This document shows positions 1 to 9,302 of a DNA stretch of 64,000 bases, one piece after another. Source of the stretch: Aquiluna sp. Its GTDB lineage: Bacteria; Actinomycetota; Actinomycetes; Actinomycetales; Microbacteriaceae. The position numbers were made by a program, and so were the translations under genes. Location of the stretch: contig JAFMHN010000002.1 of the NCBI GenBank assembly GCA_017854485.1, positions 7,755 through 71,754 on the forward strand, read 5' to 3'. The notes under the pieces are model-generated. The model did not search any database and was not told the origin of the DNA. It worked only from the letters and a program-made list of their open reading frames with translations. The first letter of the stretch is position 1. Each line of letters starts with the position of its first letter.

Positions 1-214
1 GACAATTTGAGACCCTGGAATCCAAGAAAGTCTGGATGCCTGCAACGTCCATCGAACCAAAATCAAAAAAGACGCTGTCGCTAATAATCAATCCGGGATC
101 AAAGGCTTCCCCTGGCGGCGCCGCGAGAGCCGGTGAAATAGCAGCTGGCACTGCGACCAAACCTGCCACCGCTAGCGCGACCGCGGAAAGTGTTCCGAAC
201 AACTTCTTCAGCAT
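1..214 (-). CDS. Secreted protein, N-terminal part only (runs off the window edge)
   Basis: Not in the ORF track; translated by hand from ATG at 214: MLKKLFGTLSAVALAVAGLVAVPAAISPALA-APPGEAFDPGLIISDSVFFDFGSMDVAGIQTFLDSRVSNC. Sec signal ending ALA; ATG abuts the TAA of the upstream gene (TAAATG). Confidence 0.75.
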   Translation of the reverse strand, partial: MLKKLFGTLSAVALAVAGLVAVPAAISPALAAPPGEAFDPGLIISDSVFFDFGSMDVAGIQTFLDSRVSNC

Positions 215-742
215 TTAGGGAATCACCACCGAGCTGGCTTTGGATGTTCCGAAGTGGTACTCCGACTCATACTGCACAGTCACTATTCCAGACCCGCTTG
301 GCAGGTCAGAAAGCGGGAATTCAATTGGGAAGCATTGGGTGTAATCGCTCGAGGGTTGCGCTGCTACCGAAACGGACTTCTCGGTATCGCCGCCAATGAA
401 ACGCATGATGCAGGTTCCATCCTCTTCGGTAATCCCTTGAATTTGCGCGACAACCTCAAGCATGCCGGTGTCCAAGAAGGCATCGGCGATCAAAATCGTC
501 ACTTCGGCTTCGATCCGAACAATTTCTGGAGTAGCGGTCTCAGTGGGCTCTTCGCTTGCAGTGGGCTCGGGCTCGGCTGTTACTTCCTCAGCGACTGGTT
601 CATCAGCCGATTCAGTTGATGCCACGATTGCAGTTGGCTCTTCGGGGAGCGATGTTGCACCCCAGTTTGGATAGAACACGCTGCATCCGGAAAGCAACAG
701 CGCAGTCACGGCAAAGCCAGAAGCCACCAACAACCTACGCAT
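215..742 (-). CDS. Hypothetical lipoprotein with acidic Pro/Thr/Glu linker and small C-terminal beta-rich domain
   Basis: Signal peptide with lipobox LSGC; GGAGG Shine-Dalgarno upstream; two Cys in the C-terminal domain. Confidence 0.8.
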   Translation of the reverse strand: MRRLLVASGFAVTALLLSGCSVFYPNWGATSLPEEPTAIVASTESADEPVAEEVTAEPEPTASEEPTETATPEIVRIEAEVTILIADAFLDTGMLEVVAQIQGITEEDGTCIMRFIGGDTEKSVSVAAQPSSDYTQCFPIEFPLSDLPSGSGIVTVQYESEYHFGTSKASSVVIP

Positions 743-762
743 AACTCACCTCCAAGATACCT

Positions 763-777
763 TCAACCTTAGGTTGA
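763..777. promoter_or_regulatory. Perfect palindrome TCAACCT-T-AGGTTGA containing a minus-strand TANNNT box (TAAGGT); candidate operator
   Basis: 7-bp arms with 1-nt centre, about 20 nt upstream of the lipoprotein start. Confidence 0.4.
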
Positions 778-842
778 GATTCTGAAAAAGTGCTGAGCGC
801 TCTAAGTGTTTTGGGAAATGGAAACCGGCATTCGAATGCTGA

Positions 843-1331
843 TTAGAGGCTGGATTTCAGCTTTTCGTTCTTGGTTTCGACTTGATTAGCAAGTTGAGTT
901 CGAAACTCATCCATCTGCTTCTCTAGGTCTGGATTTGAAACAGCCAGAATTCTTAGCGCAAGCAGGCCGGCATTCTTGGCGCCGTCAATCGAAACGGTGG
1001 CAACTGGAACCCCGGCAGGCATCTGGACGATTGAGAGCAGTGAGTCCATTCCCTCCAGGTTGGCAAGGCTCACCGGCACGCCAATTACGGGAAGCGATGT
1101 GATCGAAGCAATCATTCCGGGTAGGTGCGCAGCACCGCCAGCACCTGCGATGATCACCCGCGTGCCATTTTGGCTAGCCTGTTTTGCCCATCCCAACATT
1201 TTCTCTGGGGTTCGGTGGGCACTGAGCACCTCAACCTCGCAACTAAGGCCAAATTCCTGAATGACCTCGTTAGCCTGCTGCATGATGCGCCAGTCAGAAT
1301 CTGAACCCATGACGATTGCTATTTCGGCCAT
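843..1331 (-). CDS. purE: N5-carboxyaminoimidazole ribonucleotide mutase
   Basis: [25 protein letters not shown] and VIGVP motifs; follows purK. Confidence 0.97.
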   Translation of the reverse strand: MAEIAIVMGSDSDWRIMQQANEVIQEFGLSCEVEVLSAHRTPEKMLGWAKQASQNGTRVIIAGAGGAAHLPGMIASITSLPVIGVPVSLANLEGMDSLLSIVQMPAGVPVATVSIDGAKNAGLLALRILAVSNPDLEKQMDEFRTQLANQVETKNEKLKSSL

Positions 1332-1365
1332 TTTGCTCCTTCAGGTAATAAAAACACTCTAGGAC

Positions 1366-2493
1366 TTAGATCTGGTTATAGATCGCAGCGGCAGCGCTGT
1401 GTGCCTTTTTCAATAGTTCAGCGGGGTGATCGCCAAGGGCGGTTATGTGCCCCATTTTTCTACCGACTCGGGCAGATTTTTCGTAGCTGTGGAACTTGAG
1501 CGCAGCATCTACCCTCATGGCTTTGTCATAGTGCTCCGTGAAGGTGTTTTTGTGGTCTACTCCCAAGAGGTTTACCATGACTGCGGCCGGGGCCAAGAGC
1601 TCTGTGCTGCCCAAAGGGAGATCTAGCACCGCTCTCAGGTGCTGCTCAAATTGGCTGGTTGTGGCCCCTTCAATGCTGTAATGACCCGAGTTGTGGGGCC
1701 TCATTGCTAGCTCGTTTATCACGAGGCGACCGTCAGCAGTTTCGAATAGCTCTACCGCCATCATGCCGACAACGTTCAAACCAACCGCTATCTCTTCAGC
1801 TATTTTCCTGGCCGCAATGCTGTCAACCGGCTTTGGTGCTGGTGCAATTACCTCGGCACAAACTCCATTTTTTTGCACCGTTTGAACCACCTCATAGGTG
1901 ACCAAATCGCCACTGGCGCTCCTTGCAACTAGCTGCGCGAGCTCCCTGACAAACGGGACTTTTTCCTCAAGCAGGAGCTCTCCGCCCAGCTTCTCGATTT
2001 GATCCAACCAGTCGCTTACCTGCTGCGAGTCAGAAACGACTCGAACGCCCTTGCCGTCGTAGCCTCCCACAGGAGTCTTGACGATGATTTCGGGCCCGTG
2101 CCTAGCGATGAAGACTTCGATGGCTGCAGCATCGGAAGCTGTTTGCCAAGCCGGAAGCGGTAACCCTAGCTCTTGAAGACGGCGGCGCATCAGGGCCTTG
2201 TTTTGGGCAAAAATTAGTGACTTGGGTCCGGGGTAAACCTTTAGACCCTCAGCCTCAAGCTGCTCCAGCAGAGCAACCGGCACATGCTCGTGATCGAAGG
2301 TCACAACATCCACGGTTTTTGCGAACTCTTGAAGCTGGCGGTAGTCGGTGTAGTCGCCGATTTTGGTGGCCGCCTGGTGGGCCGAAGAATGCTCTTGTTC
2401 GGCGAAGACCTTGAGTTCAATGCCAAGCGCAATTGCGGCAGGATGCATCATTCTGGCCAGCTGTCCGCCACCTATTACGCCAACCCGATGCAT
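1366..2493 (-). CDS. purK: N5-carboxyaminoimidazole ribonucleotide synthase (ATP-grasp)
   Basis: VIGGGQLARM, GGYDGKG, NELAMRPHNSGH and RKMGH motifs. Confidence 0.96.
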   Translation of the reverse strand: MHRVGVIGGGQLARMMHPAAIALGIELKVFAEQEHSSAHQAATKIGDYTDYRQLQEFAKTVDVVTFDHEHVPVALLEQLEAEGLKVYPGPKSLIFAQNKALMRRRLQELGLPLPAWQTASDAAAIEVFIARHGPEIIVKTPVGGYDGKGVRVVSDSQQVSDWLDQIEKLGGELLLEEKVPFVRELAQLVARSASGDLVTYEVVQTVQKNGVCAEVIAPAPKPVDSIAARKIAEEIAVGLNVVGMMAVELFETADGRLVINELAMRPHNSGHYSIEGATTSQFEQHLRAVLDLPLGSTELLAPAAVMVNLLGVDHKNTFTEHYDKAMRVDAALKFHSYEKSARVGRKMGHITALGDHPAELLKKAHSAAAAIYNQI

Positions 2494-2514
2494 TTTTCTC
2501 CTGCCTGAATGTCT

Positions 2515-3252
2515 CTAGTTTCGCAGATGCCAGACGTCTGCGGCTGCCAAAGCGACCGGTTCTGGGCATTCGATTACCAGTCTGCCCTCGGCATCAATGG
2601 CCCTGGCGACTCCATAGAGGTTTCTACCACCGGGCAATTCAGCCCGGACCTCGGTGCCAAGAGTGGAACAGGCCGTTGCCAATTCGGTCTGAAATCTTGC
2701 AATCGCCTCTGTTGGGTTTTCGTTTAGTAGCTCCCAGTAGCTCTTGATTGCTGTTGCGACCAGTGAAATCAGGTGATCCATCGAGACCTCAGCACCCAAC
2801 TCGGACAGCGAAGTTGCGGTCTCAGGTGCGCCTTGCTGTGTCTGCAGATTCAGCCCCATGCCCAAAATCACGGCATTTGGCCCGCTTAGTTCTGCAAGTA
2901 TTCCGGCTAGCTTCCGGCCATCCACCAGGATATCGTTTGGCCACTTGATGCTCGCAGCTACTCCGAGGTCAACGACCACCTGCCTGAGGGCAAGACCGGC
3001 CATTATGGTGATCCAATTGGCAGCAGCACTGGTTTTCGGCCGCAACAGCATGGACAGCGCCATTGATTTACCAGGCTCAGTAACCCAGTTCCGACTTAGT
3101 CTTCCGAGGCCGCCAAGCTGCGAAGCTGCAGTCACCGCGAAGAACTCTGGGGTTTCGGGCCCTAGCCTACGAAGCAATTCCTTGTTGGTGGAGTCGACCT
3201 CAGCGAGAGCAATTAGCTCGGGAAAGTGGCTGTGTGCCTTGTCTAGCTCCAT
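2515..3252 (-). CDS. birA: Biotin--[acetyl-CoA-carboxylase] ligase without an N-terminal HTH
   Basis: DSTN, QLGGLGRLSRNW, IKWPND and RKLAGIL motifs. Start moved to ATG 3252 (MELDKAH), which has a TATCAT box 7 nt upstream. Confidence 0.92.
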   Translation of the reverse strand: MELDKAHSHFPELIALAEVDSTNKELLRRLGPETPEFFAVTAASQLGGLGRLSRNWVTEPGKSMALSMLLRPKTSAAANWITIMAGLALRQVVVDLGVAASIKWPNDILVDGRKLAGILAELSGPNAVILGMGLNLQTQQGAPETATSLSELGAEVSMDHLISLVATAIKSYWELLNENPTEAIARFQTELATACSTLGTEVRAELPGGRNLYGVARAIDAEGRLVIECPEPVALAAADVWHLRN

Positions 3253-3381
3253 TTGATTAATGATATCGCACTGATAGGTTTTGTAGGAATGCGAGATGGT
3301 TTGGTGCCTTGCTTTGTATGGAATGTTCAAGACTGACTTGAATTTGACCGATAAAGTTAGGCAGATATACAAGGAGCGCAC

Positions 3382-4971
3382 GTGTCAGAGAGTCCAGATT
3401 TATCTACCACTGCCGGTCGGCTAGCTGACCTAAGAGGTCGTTACCAAGAGGCAGTCCACGACGCAGAAGCAGTCGCGGTCACCAAGCAGCACGCAAAGGG
3501 CAAGAACACCGCCAGGGAGCGCATAGCGATGCTGCTTGATCCCGGCTCATTTGTTGAATTGGATGAATACGCTAGGCATCGCTCAACCTCATTTGGCATG
3601 GACGCCAAAAGGCCCTATGGAGATTCTGTTGTCACTGGAATCGGAACCATCAACTCCAGGCAGGTGGCCGTCTATTCACAAGACTTCACAATCTTTGGTG
3701 GCTCTCTAGGAGAAGCGGCCGGAAACAAGATCATCAAGGTCATGGAGCTTGCAATCAAAACCGGCGTACCGCTGATTGGGATTCTTGATTCTGGCGGCGC
3801 CAGAATCCAAGAGGGGGTAATCGCTCTTGGTAAATATGGTGAGATCTTCCGCCTGAACACAATGGCTTCTGGAGTCATCCCACAGATTTCAATCATTATG
3901 GGCCCTGCTGCCGGAGGCGCTGTCTACTCCCCTGCGCTGACTGACTTCGTGGTGATGGTTGATAAGACCTCAAACATGTTTGTTACCGGCCCCGACGTGA
4001 TAAAGACGGTTACCGGTGAAGACGTGGGAATGGAAGACCTGGGTGGTGCACGCACTCACAATGAGACCTCTGGTGTTGCTCACTACTTGGCTGACGATGA
4101 AAAGGACGCCATCGACTACGTTCAGTCACTGGTTGGCTACCTGCCAGAAAATAACCTTTCGGAGTCAGTGACCTACCAGTCAGAGAGCGAACTGGAAATT
4201 ACCGAGGATGACAAAAAACTCAACGAGGTCATTCCAGACAGCCCGAACCAGCCCTACGACATGCATACGATTATCGAATCGCTGGTCGACGAGTCTGAGT
4301 TTTTGGAGATCCAGCCACTGTTTGCACCAAACATCATCATTGGTTTTGCCAGAGTTGATGGCAGCTCGGTGGGCATCGTTGCAAACCAGCCAATGCAGAT
4401 GGCTGGAACACTGAACATCGATGCCGGAGAAAAGGCAGCAAGGTTTGTTCGGTTCTGCGACGCCTTCTCGATTCCCATCTTGACCCTCGTCGACGTGCCT
4501 GGCTATCTTCCGGGAACCGACCAGGAGTGGGCCGGCGTGATTAGGCGCGGCGCAAAGTTGCTTTATGCGTACGCCGAAGCCACGGTTCCGTTGGTCACTG
4601 TAATCACCCGAAAGGCCTATGGCGGTGCTTACATCGTGATGGGCTCTAAGCAACTTGGAGCCGACATTAACCTGGCCTGGCCAACGGCTGAAATCGCGGT
4701 TATGGGGGGTCAGGGGGCGATCAATATTTTGTTCCGTGACAAGCTCAAGCAAGCCGAGGATCAGGGCCTAGATATTGCGCAGGTCAGAGATCAGCTCGCC
4801 ATGGAATACACCTACAACGTTGCGAGCCCATTCCTGGCGGCGGAACGTGGTGAACTAGACGGCATCATTGAGCCAGCAGCAACTAGGTCCTCCGTGATTA
4901 GAGCGCTCAGGGCGCTAAAGACCAAGCGCGCGAATCTTCCACCGAAAAAGCATGGAAACATCCCTCTCTGA
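3382..4971 (+). CDS. accD: Acyl-CoA carboxylase carboxyltransferase (beta) subunit, AccD5/PccB-like
   Basis: [41 protein letters not shown] and C-terminal PKKHGNIPL motifs. Confidence 0.95.
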   Translation: MSESPDLSTTAGRLADLRGRYQEAVHDAEAVAVTKQHAKGKNTARERIAMLLDPGSFVELDEYARHRSTSFGMDAKRPYGDSVVTGIGTINSRQVAVYSQDFTIFGGSLGEAAGNKIIKVMELAIKTGVPLIGILDSGGARIQEGVIALGKYGEIFRLNTMASGVIPQISIIMGPAAGGAVYSPALTDFVVMVDKTSNMFVTGPDVIKTVTGEDVGMEDLGGARTHNETSGVAHYLADDEKDAIDYVQSLVGYLPENNLSESVTYQSESELEITEDDKKLNEVIPDSPNQPYDMHTIIESLVDESEFLEIQPLFAPNIIIGFARVDGSSVGIVANQPMQMAGTLNIDAGEKAARFVRFCDAFSIPILTLVDVPGYLPGTDQEWAGVIRRGAKLLYAYAEATVPLVTVITRKAYGGAYIVMGSKQLGADINLAWPTAEIAVMGGQGAINILFRDKLKQAEDQGLDIAQVRDQLAMEYTYNVASPFLAAERGELDGIIEPAATRSSVIRALRALKTKRANLPPKKHGNIPL

Positions 4972-5192
4972 TGCGCCAATACAGCGGGAAAGAGATCACC
5001 GAACTTATCGAAGTTTCCGGTGGCGATGAGAGCGAGCAGGCGGCCGCTATTGCGGTTGTCACTCAAGCAATCATTGAATCACGCAGGCTCGGTCGAATCG
5101 CAACTAGGAAACCCCGAACATCTTGGAACCGGGGTGAAGCTCAGCTCAGAGGAAACCACGTCAATGGTTGGGTGAATCAATTCCGGAAGTAA
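4971..5192 (+). CDS. accE: Acyl-CoA carboxylase epsilon subunit-like small protein
   Basis: TGATG coupling to accD; short EQAAAIAVV helix and Trp-containing basic tail; usual position after the beta subunit. Confidence 0.72.
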   Translation: MRQYSGKEITELIEVSGGDESEQAAAIAVVTQAIIESRRLGRIATRKPRTSWNRGEAQLRGNHVNGWVNQFRK

Positions 5193-5274
5193 CCTGTCCC
5201 CCAAACTAATCACATGTTGCTGTTTCGAACTGAGCAGTTCGTTGCTATTTTGGAATCAGAAAAGCAAATGGGGG

Positions 5275-5308
5275 AAACAGGATTGGCAAGCGCCAATCCT
5301 GTTTTTTT
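5275..5308 (+). terminator. Intrinsic terminator
   Basis: 13-bp perfect stem AAACAGGATTGGC/GCCAATCCTGTTT with AAGC loop, ending in a run of seven T. Confidence 0.85.
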
Positions 5309-5315
5309 GTAAATA

Positions 5316-6281
5316 CTAAAGCCGCAGGAAGACATCTGGGGCCTCAGCCCCAGGCTGGAGAGCAACCATTGTCACCTTCCATTGCTCCTGATCAACGCTC
5401 CGAATCACGACTTTTCCAGTTCGCACCTGGCCCAGCTCTTTGACAAGGGTTCCGAAAATCTTGGATTTGTCGCGAGAGCTAATCGTCTCGAGTCCTCCGT
5501 CGTCCAAGAGCTGAACCTCGACACCGCGTGATCTGGCTTCGCGAACCGCATTCACCAGCCCTTTTTGTTGAAAGCCCCGGGCGCGAATTTGATCTCGAAT
5601 TCCAGCTTCGGTGAGTCGGGCCAATTGCTTTTCAGACTTGGTTAGCTTTCCGGATTTAGATTTGATCAGCTCCAGGACCGGAAGAGCGGTAGCTAAGGTC
5701 TGCTCAATTCGCCTTTTAGCCAACTGTCTAGCGGCAGATTCAGCCGCTCGACTGGCATTTTGAGAGACGGCCTCAGCCAAATACCTGCTAGCAGCCATTT
5801 CGCTTTGTGCGATCGCTCGTGATGCGGCTTGCGCGGTAATCACAATTAGGATTGCGCCAACAATTCCGCTGCTGATCAGCCCGTCTAGACCTCCCCAGGC
5901 AAGCACCTCGACAATCATGATTGCGGTTCCTGTAAATGCGACACCGGGTCGCTGTCGAACCGCAAGAACTGCCATCAGAGTCGCAACTCCCACCACATAC
6001 CAGGTCACAGAACCAGTTTGAACCTCATCACCGATCGCTGCCGCACCGAGTGGGGGCATCACTGCAGCACCAATTAGCGCCAAAACAGTCGGCGCCGGGG
6101 ATAGCTTCAAGCTCTTGCGATCAAGCATCGCCCAGGTCAGCGCAACCAGGTAAAGCTGAAGCGTGAGGATTTCTGGAAGCTCGTGCTCATATTCTTGCCA
6201 GGCGAGTATGCCAATCGCCGCATGATAGTAACCGAACGCGAGCGTAAACAAGGTCAGCGGAACCCTCCGGATTACGTTCAT
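5316..6281 (-). CDS. Multi-pass membrane protein resembling a degenerate sensor kinase (no cytoplasmic His)
   Basis: About 5 TM helices, then a coiled region and a domain with EAGIRDQIR and VQLLDDG. ATGA overlap with the kinase stop supports start 6281. Confidence 0.75.
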   Translation of the reverse strand: MNVIRRVPLTLFTLAFGYYHAAIGILAWQEYEHELPEILTLQLYLVALTWAMLDRKSLKLSPAPTVLALIGAAVMPPLGAAAIGDEVQTGSVTWYVVGVATLMAVLAVRQRPGVAFTGTAIMIVEVLAWGGLDGLISSGIVGAILIVITAQAASRAIAQSEMAASRYLAEAVSQNASRAAESAARQLAKRRIEQTLATALPVLELIKSKSGKLTKSEKQLARLTEAGIRDQIRARGFQQKGLVNAVREARSRGVEVQLLDDGGLETISSRDKSKIFGTLVKELGQVRTGKVVIRSVDQEQWKVTMVALQPGAEAPDVFLRL

Positions 6282-7450
6282 TTTTCCCACCGAATGACGA
6301 CGCTCGTGCCTTCCCCTGGAGCAGTTTGTATTTCAGCCTGCCCGCCAACAGCCGACATTCGACCGAGGATCGACGTCTGGATTCCAAGCCGATCCCGCGG
6401 AATTCGATTTAGCTTGAATCCAGTCCCATCGTCCAGAACCCGAACCTGAATTCCAGCGCCGTCAAGCACTTCCAAATCGACGCTTACATTCTGGGCCTCA
6501 GAATGTATCTTGGCGTTGTCAAGCGCCTGCAAAGTCGCCTCAGTAAGAGCCTCCGCAACCTCAAGCGGCACTCTCTCGAGGTCCGCCGGCATCACATTCA
6601 CACTGAGCACCGGATAACTTTGGCGCGCTAGCTTTTCCAGCGCCAGGAAGAGAGCCCTACGAGTTACCAGGGAGGTCTTTGCTGATCCTGCTTTAGCCGT
6701 TTCCAGCTTTTCAACAGTCTCTCCAGCCAACTTGGCGCTGGCAAGCTGCTCTGACTTTGACTGCGCTGAAGCAGCAAAGAGCATCGTGTGCAAAACAGAG
6801 TCGTGGATCAGTGCATCCAGCCGCTGATCTTCAAGCTCCATGGCTTCGGTTTGAGCCATGGCAATGCTAGAAGCTGCAAGTTGCTGGTTGGCGGCATCAA
6901 CCCTGTCTGCCCAATCTCTGGTGAGCGACAGAAGGCCGGCAACAGCGCCAGCAAACAAAAATACGTATAAAGCATCCTGGAGTGCGAAGCGCTCGGGAAC
7001 AGCGCTCCACCTGATTTGGAGCTCCGTCACCACCCAGGCAATCGATAAAACCGGCAAGAACGACGCGGTCAAAAAATTCTTGCCCGCAACCGCTATGCAG
7101 AATCCAGCCGGCCCCACCGCCCACCAAACCCATGGGTGATCGAAGCTCAGGCTCACGGAGCTTGCGGGACCAATCAATTGTGGCGTCAGCGCCACTGTTA
7201 CAAGCGTTACAAAGGCATGCGCCACAAGGGCAGTGTCATTGAACTTTCCGATCAGCGCCGTAACAATCACGGACAAAACCGAGAGCGTGATCAGATAAAA
7301 GAAGCTGGCCGCAATCGGCAAGAACACTGCCTCTTGCTGAAAGTAATTTGCGACAACTTCGAGGTGGCTGAGTCCCAATACCAGGCCAAAAAACTGTCGC
7401 AAACGCGGCTCAAGCTTGGACCTTGCCGCAGCAGGCAACACTGTGGTCAT
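6278..7450 (-). CDS. Membrane sensor histidine kinase (HisKA_3/NarX-UhpB-like)
   Basis: H-box LIHDSVLH, N-box LDNAKIH, G1 DDGTGF, G2/G3 RLG...PGEGT; multi-TM N-terminus. Confidence 0.9.
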   Translation of the reverse strand: MTTVLPAAARSKLEPRLRQFFGLVLGLSHLEVVANYFQQEAVFLPIAASFFYLITLSVLSVIVTALIGKFNDTALVAHAFVTLVTVALTPQLIGPASSVSLSFDHPWVWWAVGPAGFCIAVAGKNFLTASFLPVLSIAWVVTELQIRWSAVPERFALQDALYVFLFAGAVAGLLSLTRDWADRVDAANQQLAASSIAMAQTEAMELEDQRLDALIHDSVLHTMLFAASAQSKSEQLASAKLAGETVEKLETAKAGSAKTSLVTRRALFLALEKLARQSYPVLSVNVMPADLERVPLEVAEALTEATLQALDNAKIHSEAQNVSVDLEVLDGAGIQVRVLDDGTGFKLNRIPRDRLGIQTSILGRMSAVGGQAEIQTAPGEGTSVVIRWEK

Positions 7451-8095
7451 TTAGAGAAGGTCTCCAGAAATGATGCCGTCTTCGATAGCACGCCTATAAA
7501 GATCTACCTTTGTGCCGGCCTCTCGGCCAAGCTTGGCGTACTTCACCCGCACTCTGTCGATGTGCTCTTTGGCTGAACTCTGCTTAATTTCCAGTTGAAA
7601 TGCGACCTGCTTTAGGCTCAGCCCCGATGCGTAGAGCGACAATACTTCGCGCTCGCGACTCGAGAGATTGGCCTCTTTGAAGTTTGCGTCGGCATCGATC
7701 ATGGCCGAGGTCTCCGGATTATTGATGATCGCGCCCTCAGCCGCTAGCTTGATCGCGTCTGCCAAGTGTGACATCGGCTGAGATTTGGGGACGATAGCCA
7801 AGGCTCCGGCCCTAAGGGCCGCTCGCATCAGAGCTGGCTTGTCGGCGATGCTGAAGATCAGGACCGCACTGCCGGTTGCAATCAGCTTTTCGACGTTGTC
7901 GGTCACCGATGAGCCATCGTCCAGCGAAAGGTCCATGACGACCACGTCGCAGTCATTACTTCCAAGGCTCTCGATCAGCTCGTCAACCGTAGGTGAGGAT
8001 GCAACTAGGTTCAGACTCCTGGCTCTACAGCTCTCAGCAAATCCAAGCCGAACCGCCTCATGATCATCAACAATCGCTACTTTTACCTGCCCCAT
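7451..8095 (-). CDS. NarL/LuxR-family response regulator
   Basis: VAIVDDH, phospho-acceptor VVVMD, conserved Lys (IVPK), HTH LSSREREVL...GLSLKQVA. Confidence 0.93.
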   Translation of the reverse strand: MGQVKVAIVDDHEAVRLGFAESCRARSLNLVASSPTVDELIESLGSNDCDVVVMDLSLDDGSSVTDNVEKLIATGSAVLIFSIADKPALMRAALRAGALAIVPKSQPMSHLADAIKLAAEGAIINNPETSAMIDADANFKEANLSSREREVLSLYASGLSLKQVAFQLEIKQSSAKEHIDRVRVKYAKLGREAGTKVDLYRRAIEDGIISGDLL

Positions 8096-8104
8096 GGGCC
8101 AAGG

Positions 8105-9271
8105 CTATCGTGATAATGCGACAACAGTCTCAAAATGATGGGTGTGCGGGAAGATGTCAAAAGCCCTGATTGCCTTCATGCTGTAGCCGGCGCTGCCCAA
8201 AGTTTTCAGGTCTCTGGCAAGCGCAACCGGATCACAAGCAACATAAATAAGGTTTCTTGGCTGTAGTCGAATCAACTGCTCAACAACCTTATTTGCCGCC
8301 CCAGAGCGCGGCGGGTCAAGCACGATTGTGTCAAAAGACCCGGCTGCTTGAGAGCGCAGGAACTTCAAAACATCGGCCTTGTGAAACTTTAGATTCGGTA
8401 GATCCTGAGTGGAACGCTCGCCGTCCTCAATTGCCTGCTTTGCAGATTCAACCGCCAGGAACTTCGCGCCTGGATAGCTGTTGCTGAGAGTTGCACTGAA
8501 TAATCCAACCCCAGAATAAAGGTCTAAGTTTTGCTTCTCAGAAGCGAACCCCAGTAGATCGGCAAATTCCTTGACGCAGCCGGTTAGCAGTTCCGGTGCC
8601 GCCTTATGAGCCTGCCAAAACGAACCCGGACTCAGCCGAAATGTCCGGCCCGCAACCCGCTCAATCAGCTGGGCGTCTCCGTTTAGTTTCTTGTCAATTG
8701 ACCACTGCAGATTGCCAGTGTTGCTGGCTGCAATCTTAATTTTTTCAACGCCGTTGAAGTTCTTTAGATGCAGGCCCAGCTCTTCAATTTCGAGCACTGC
8801 CAGTGGTAGGTCTCTGGTGAATACGATTTCGTTGGTGCGAACCTTGGAAGGCCCCGCCGTTCCAGACTGATCGACATTTAGCTGAACTCGTGTTCGGTAG
8901 CGCAAGCCATTTGCCTGGTCATCCCCGGGAGCTGGCTCGACTTGAACATCGCTATCAAGGCCCGCCATGCGGCTAAGCGCTTCTCGCAAGACGTCCGTTT
9001 TGAGTGTTCTCTGGTAATCAAGAGCGATGTGCCCAAACTCTGCGCCACCGGCTCCCCGCAAGGCTGCTTTCCAGAAGTGCTTGACCCGGTGCTCTGATGG
9101 CTCGATGACCTCCAGAGTCTCGGCTCGAAGGAAGCTCTTGGTGTCTTGGACTACCTTTGCGTTCACCACTTCACCTGGCAGCGCCCCTGATACAAACACC
9201 ACCTTGTTATCGTGGCGGGCAATAAAAACGCCTCCGTGGGCGACTTTTTCAATTTTCAGCTTTAACATCAC
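8105..9271 (-). CDS. TRAM-domain RNA m5U methyltransferase (RlmD/TrmA family)
   Basis: TRAM N-terminus (GALPGEVV), LYSGVGLF, VLDPPRSG, YVACDP and FPHTHHFE motifs. Confidence 0.9.
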   Translation of the reverse strand: MMLKLKIEKVAHGGVFIARHDNKVVFVSGALPGEVVNAKVVQDTKSFLRAETLEVIEPSEHRVKHFWKAALRGAGGAEFGHIALDYQRTLKTDVLREALSRMAGLDSDVQVEPAPGDDQANGLRYRTRVQLNVDQSGTAGPSKVRTNEIVFTRDLPLAVLEIEELGLHLKNFNGVEKIKIAASNTGNLQWSIDKKLNGDAQLIERVAGRTFRLSPGSFWQAHKAAPELLTGCVKEFADLLGFASEKQNLDLYSGVGLFSATLSNSYPGAKFLAVESAKQAIEDGERSTQDLPNLKFHKADVLKFLRSQAAGSFDTIVLDPPRSGAANKVVEQLIRLQPRNLIYVACDPVALARDLKTLGSAGYSMKAIRAFDIFPHTHHFETVVALSR

Positions 9272-9302
9272 ATGCCAAGTGTTCCACAGCTAACCTCTTA
9301 GC

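Noticed and set aside
828-839. Palindrome GCATTCGAATGC just after purE
   Set aside because: Only a 4-bp stem as RNA with no clean U-tract; too weak to call a terminator or operator.
3326-3342. TTCAAG-N5-CTTGAA inverted repeat in the birA/accD spacer as a BirA operator
   Set aside because: This BirA has no HTH, the arms are only 6 bp, and there is no second copy upstream of accA.
3253-3381. ORF-track N-terminal extensions (birA to 3381; also accA 9932, lpdA 13194, punA 13124, EIIA 17091, add 18235, sdhD 26610, xth 30008, ribD 32150, purH 52654)
   Set aside because: They run through promoter spacers, neighbouring genes or the riboswitch; downstream starts fit SD, -10 or overlap signals and family length better.
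4180-4752. 190-aa antisense ORF, and similar long ones at 23043-23603, 62728-63369, 26610-overlap frames and many 60-150 aa ORFs
   Set aside because: They lie opposite or out of frame within well-supported genes and show no motifs; expected shadow ORFs.
5214-5312. 32-codon ORF MLLFRTEQFVAILESEKQMGETGLASANPVFL in the structured spacer
   Set aside because: No SD or well-placed -10, and it reads through the terminator hairpin; not supportable without ribosome profiling.
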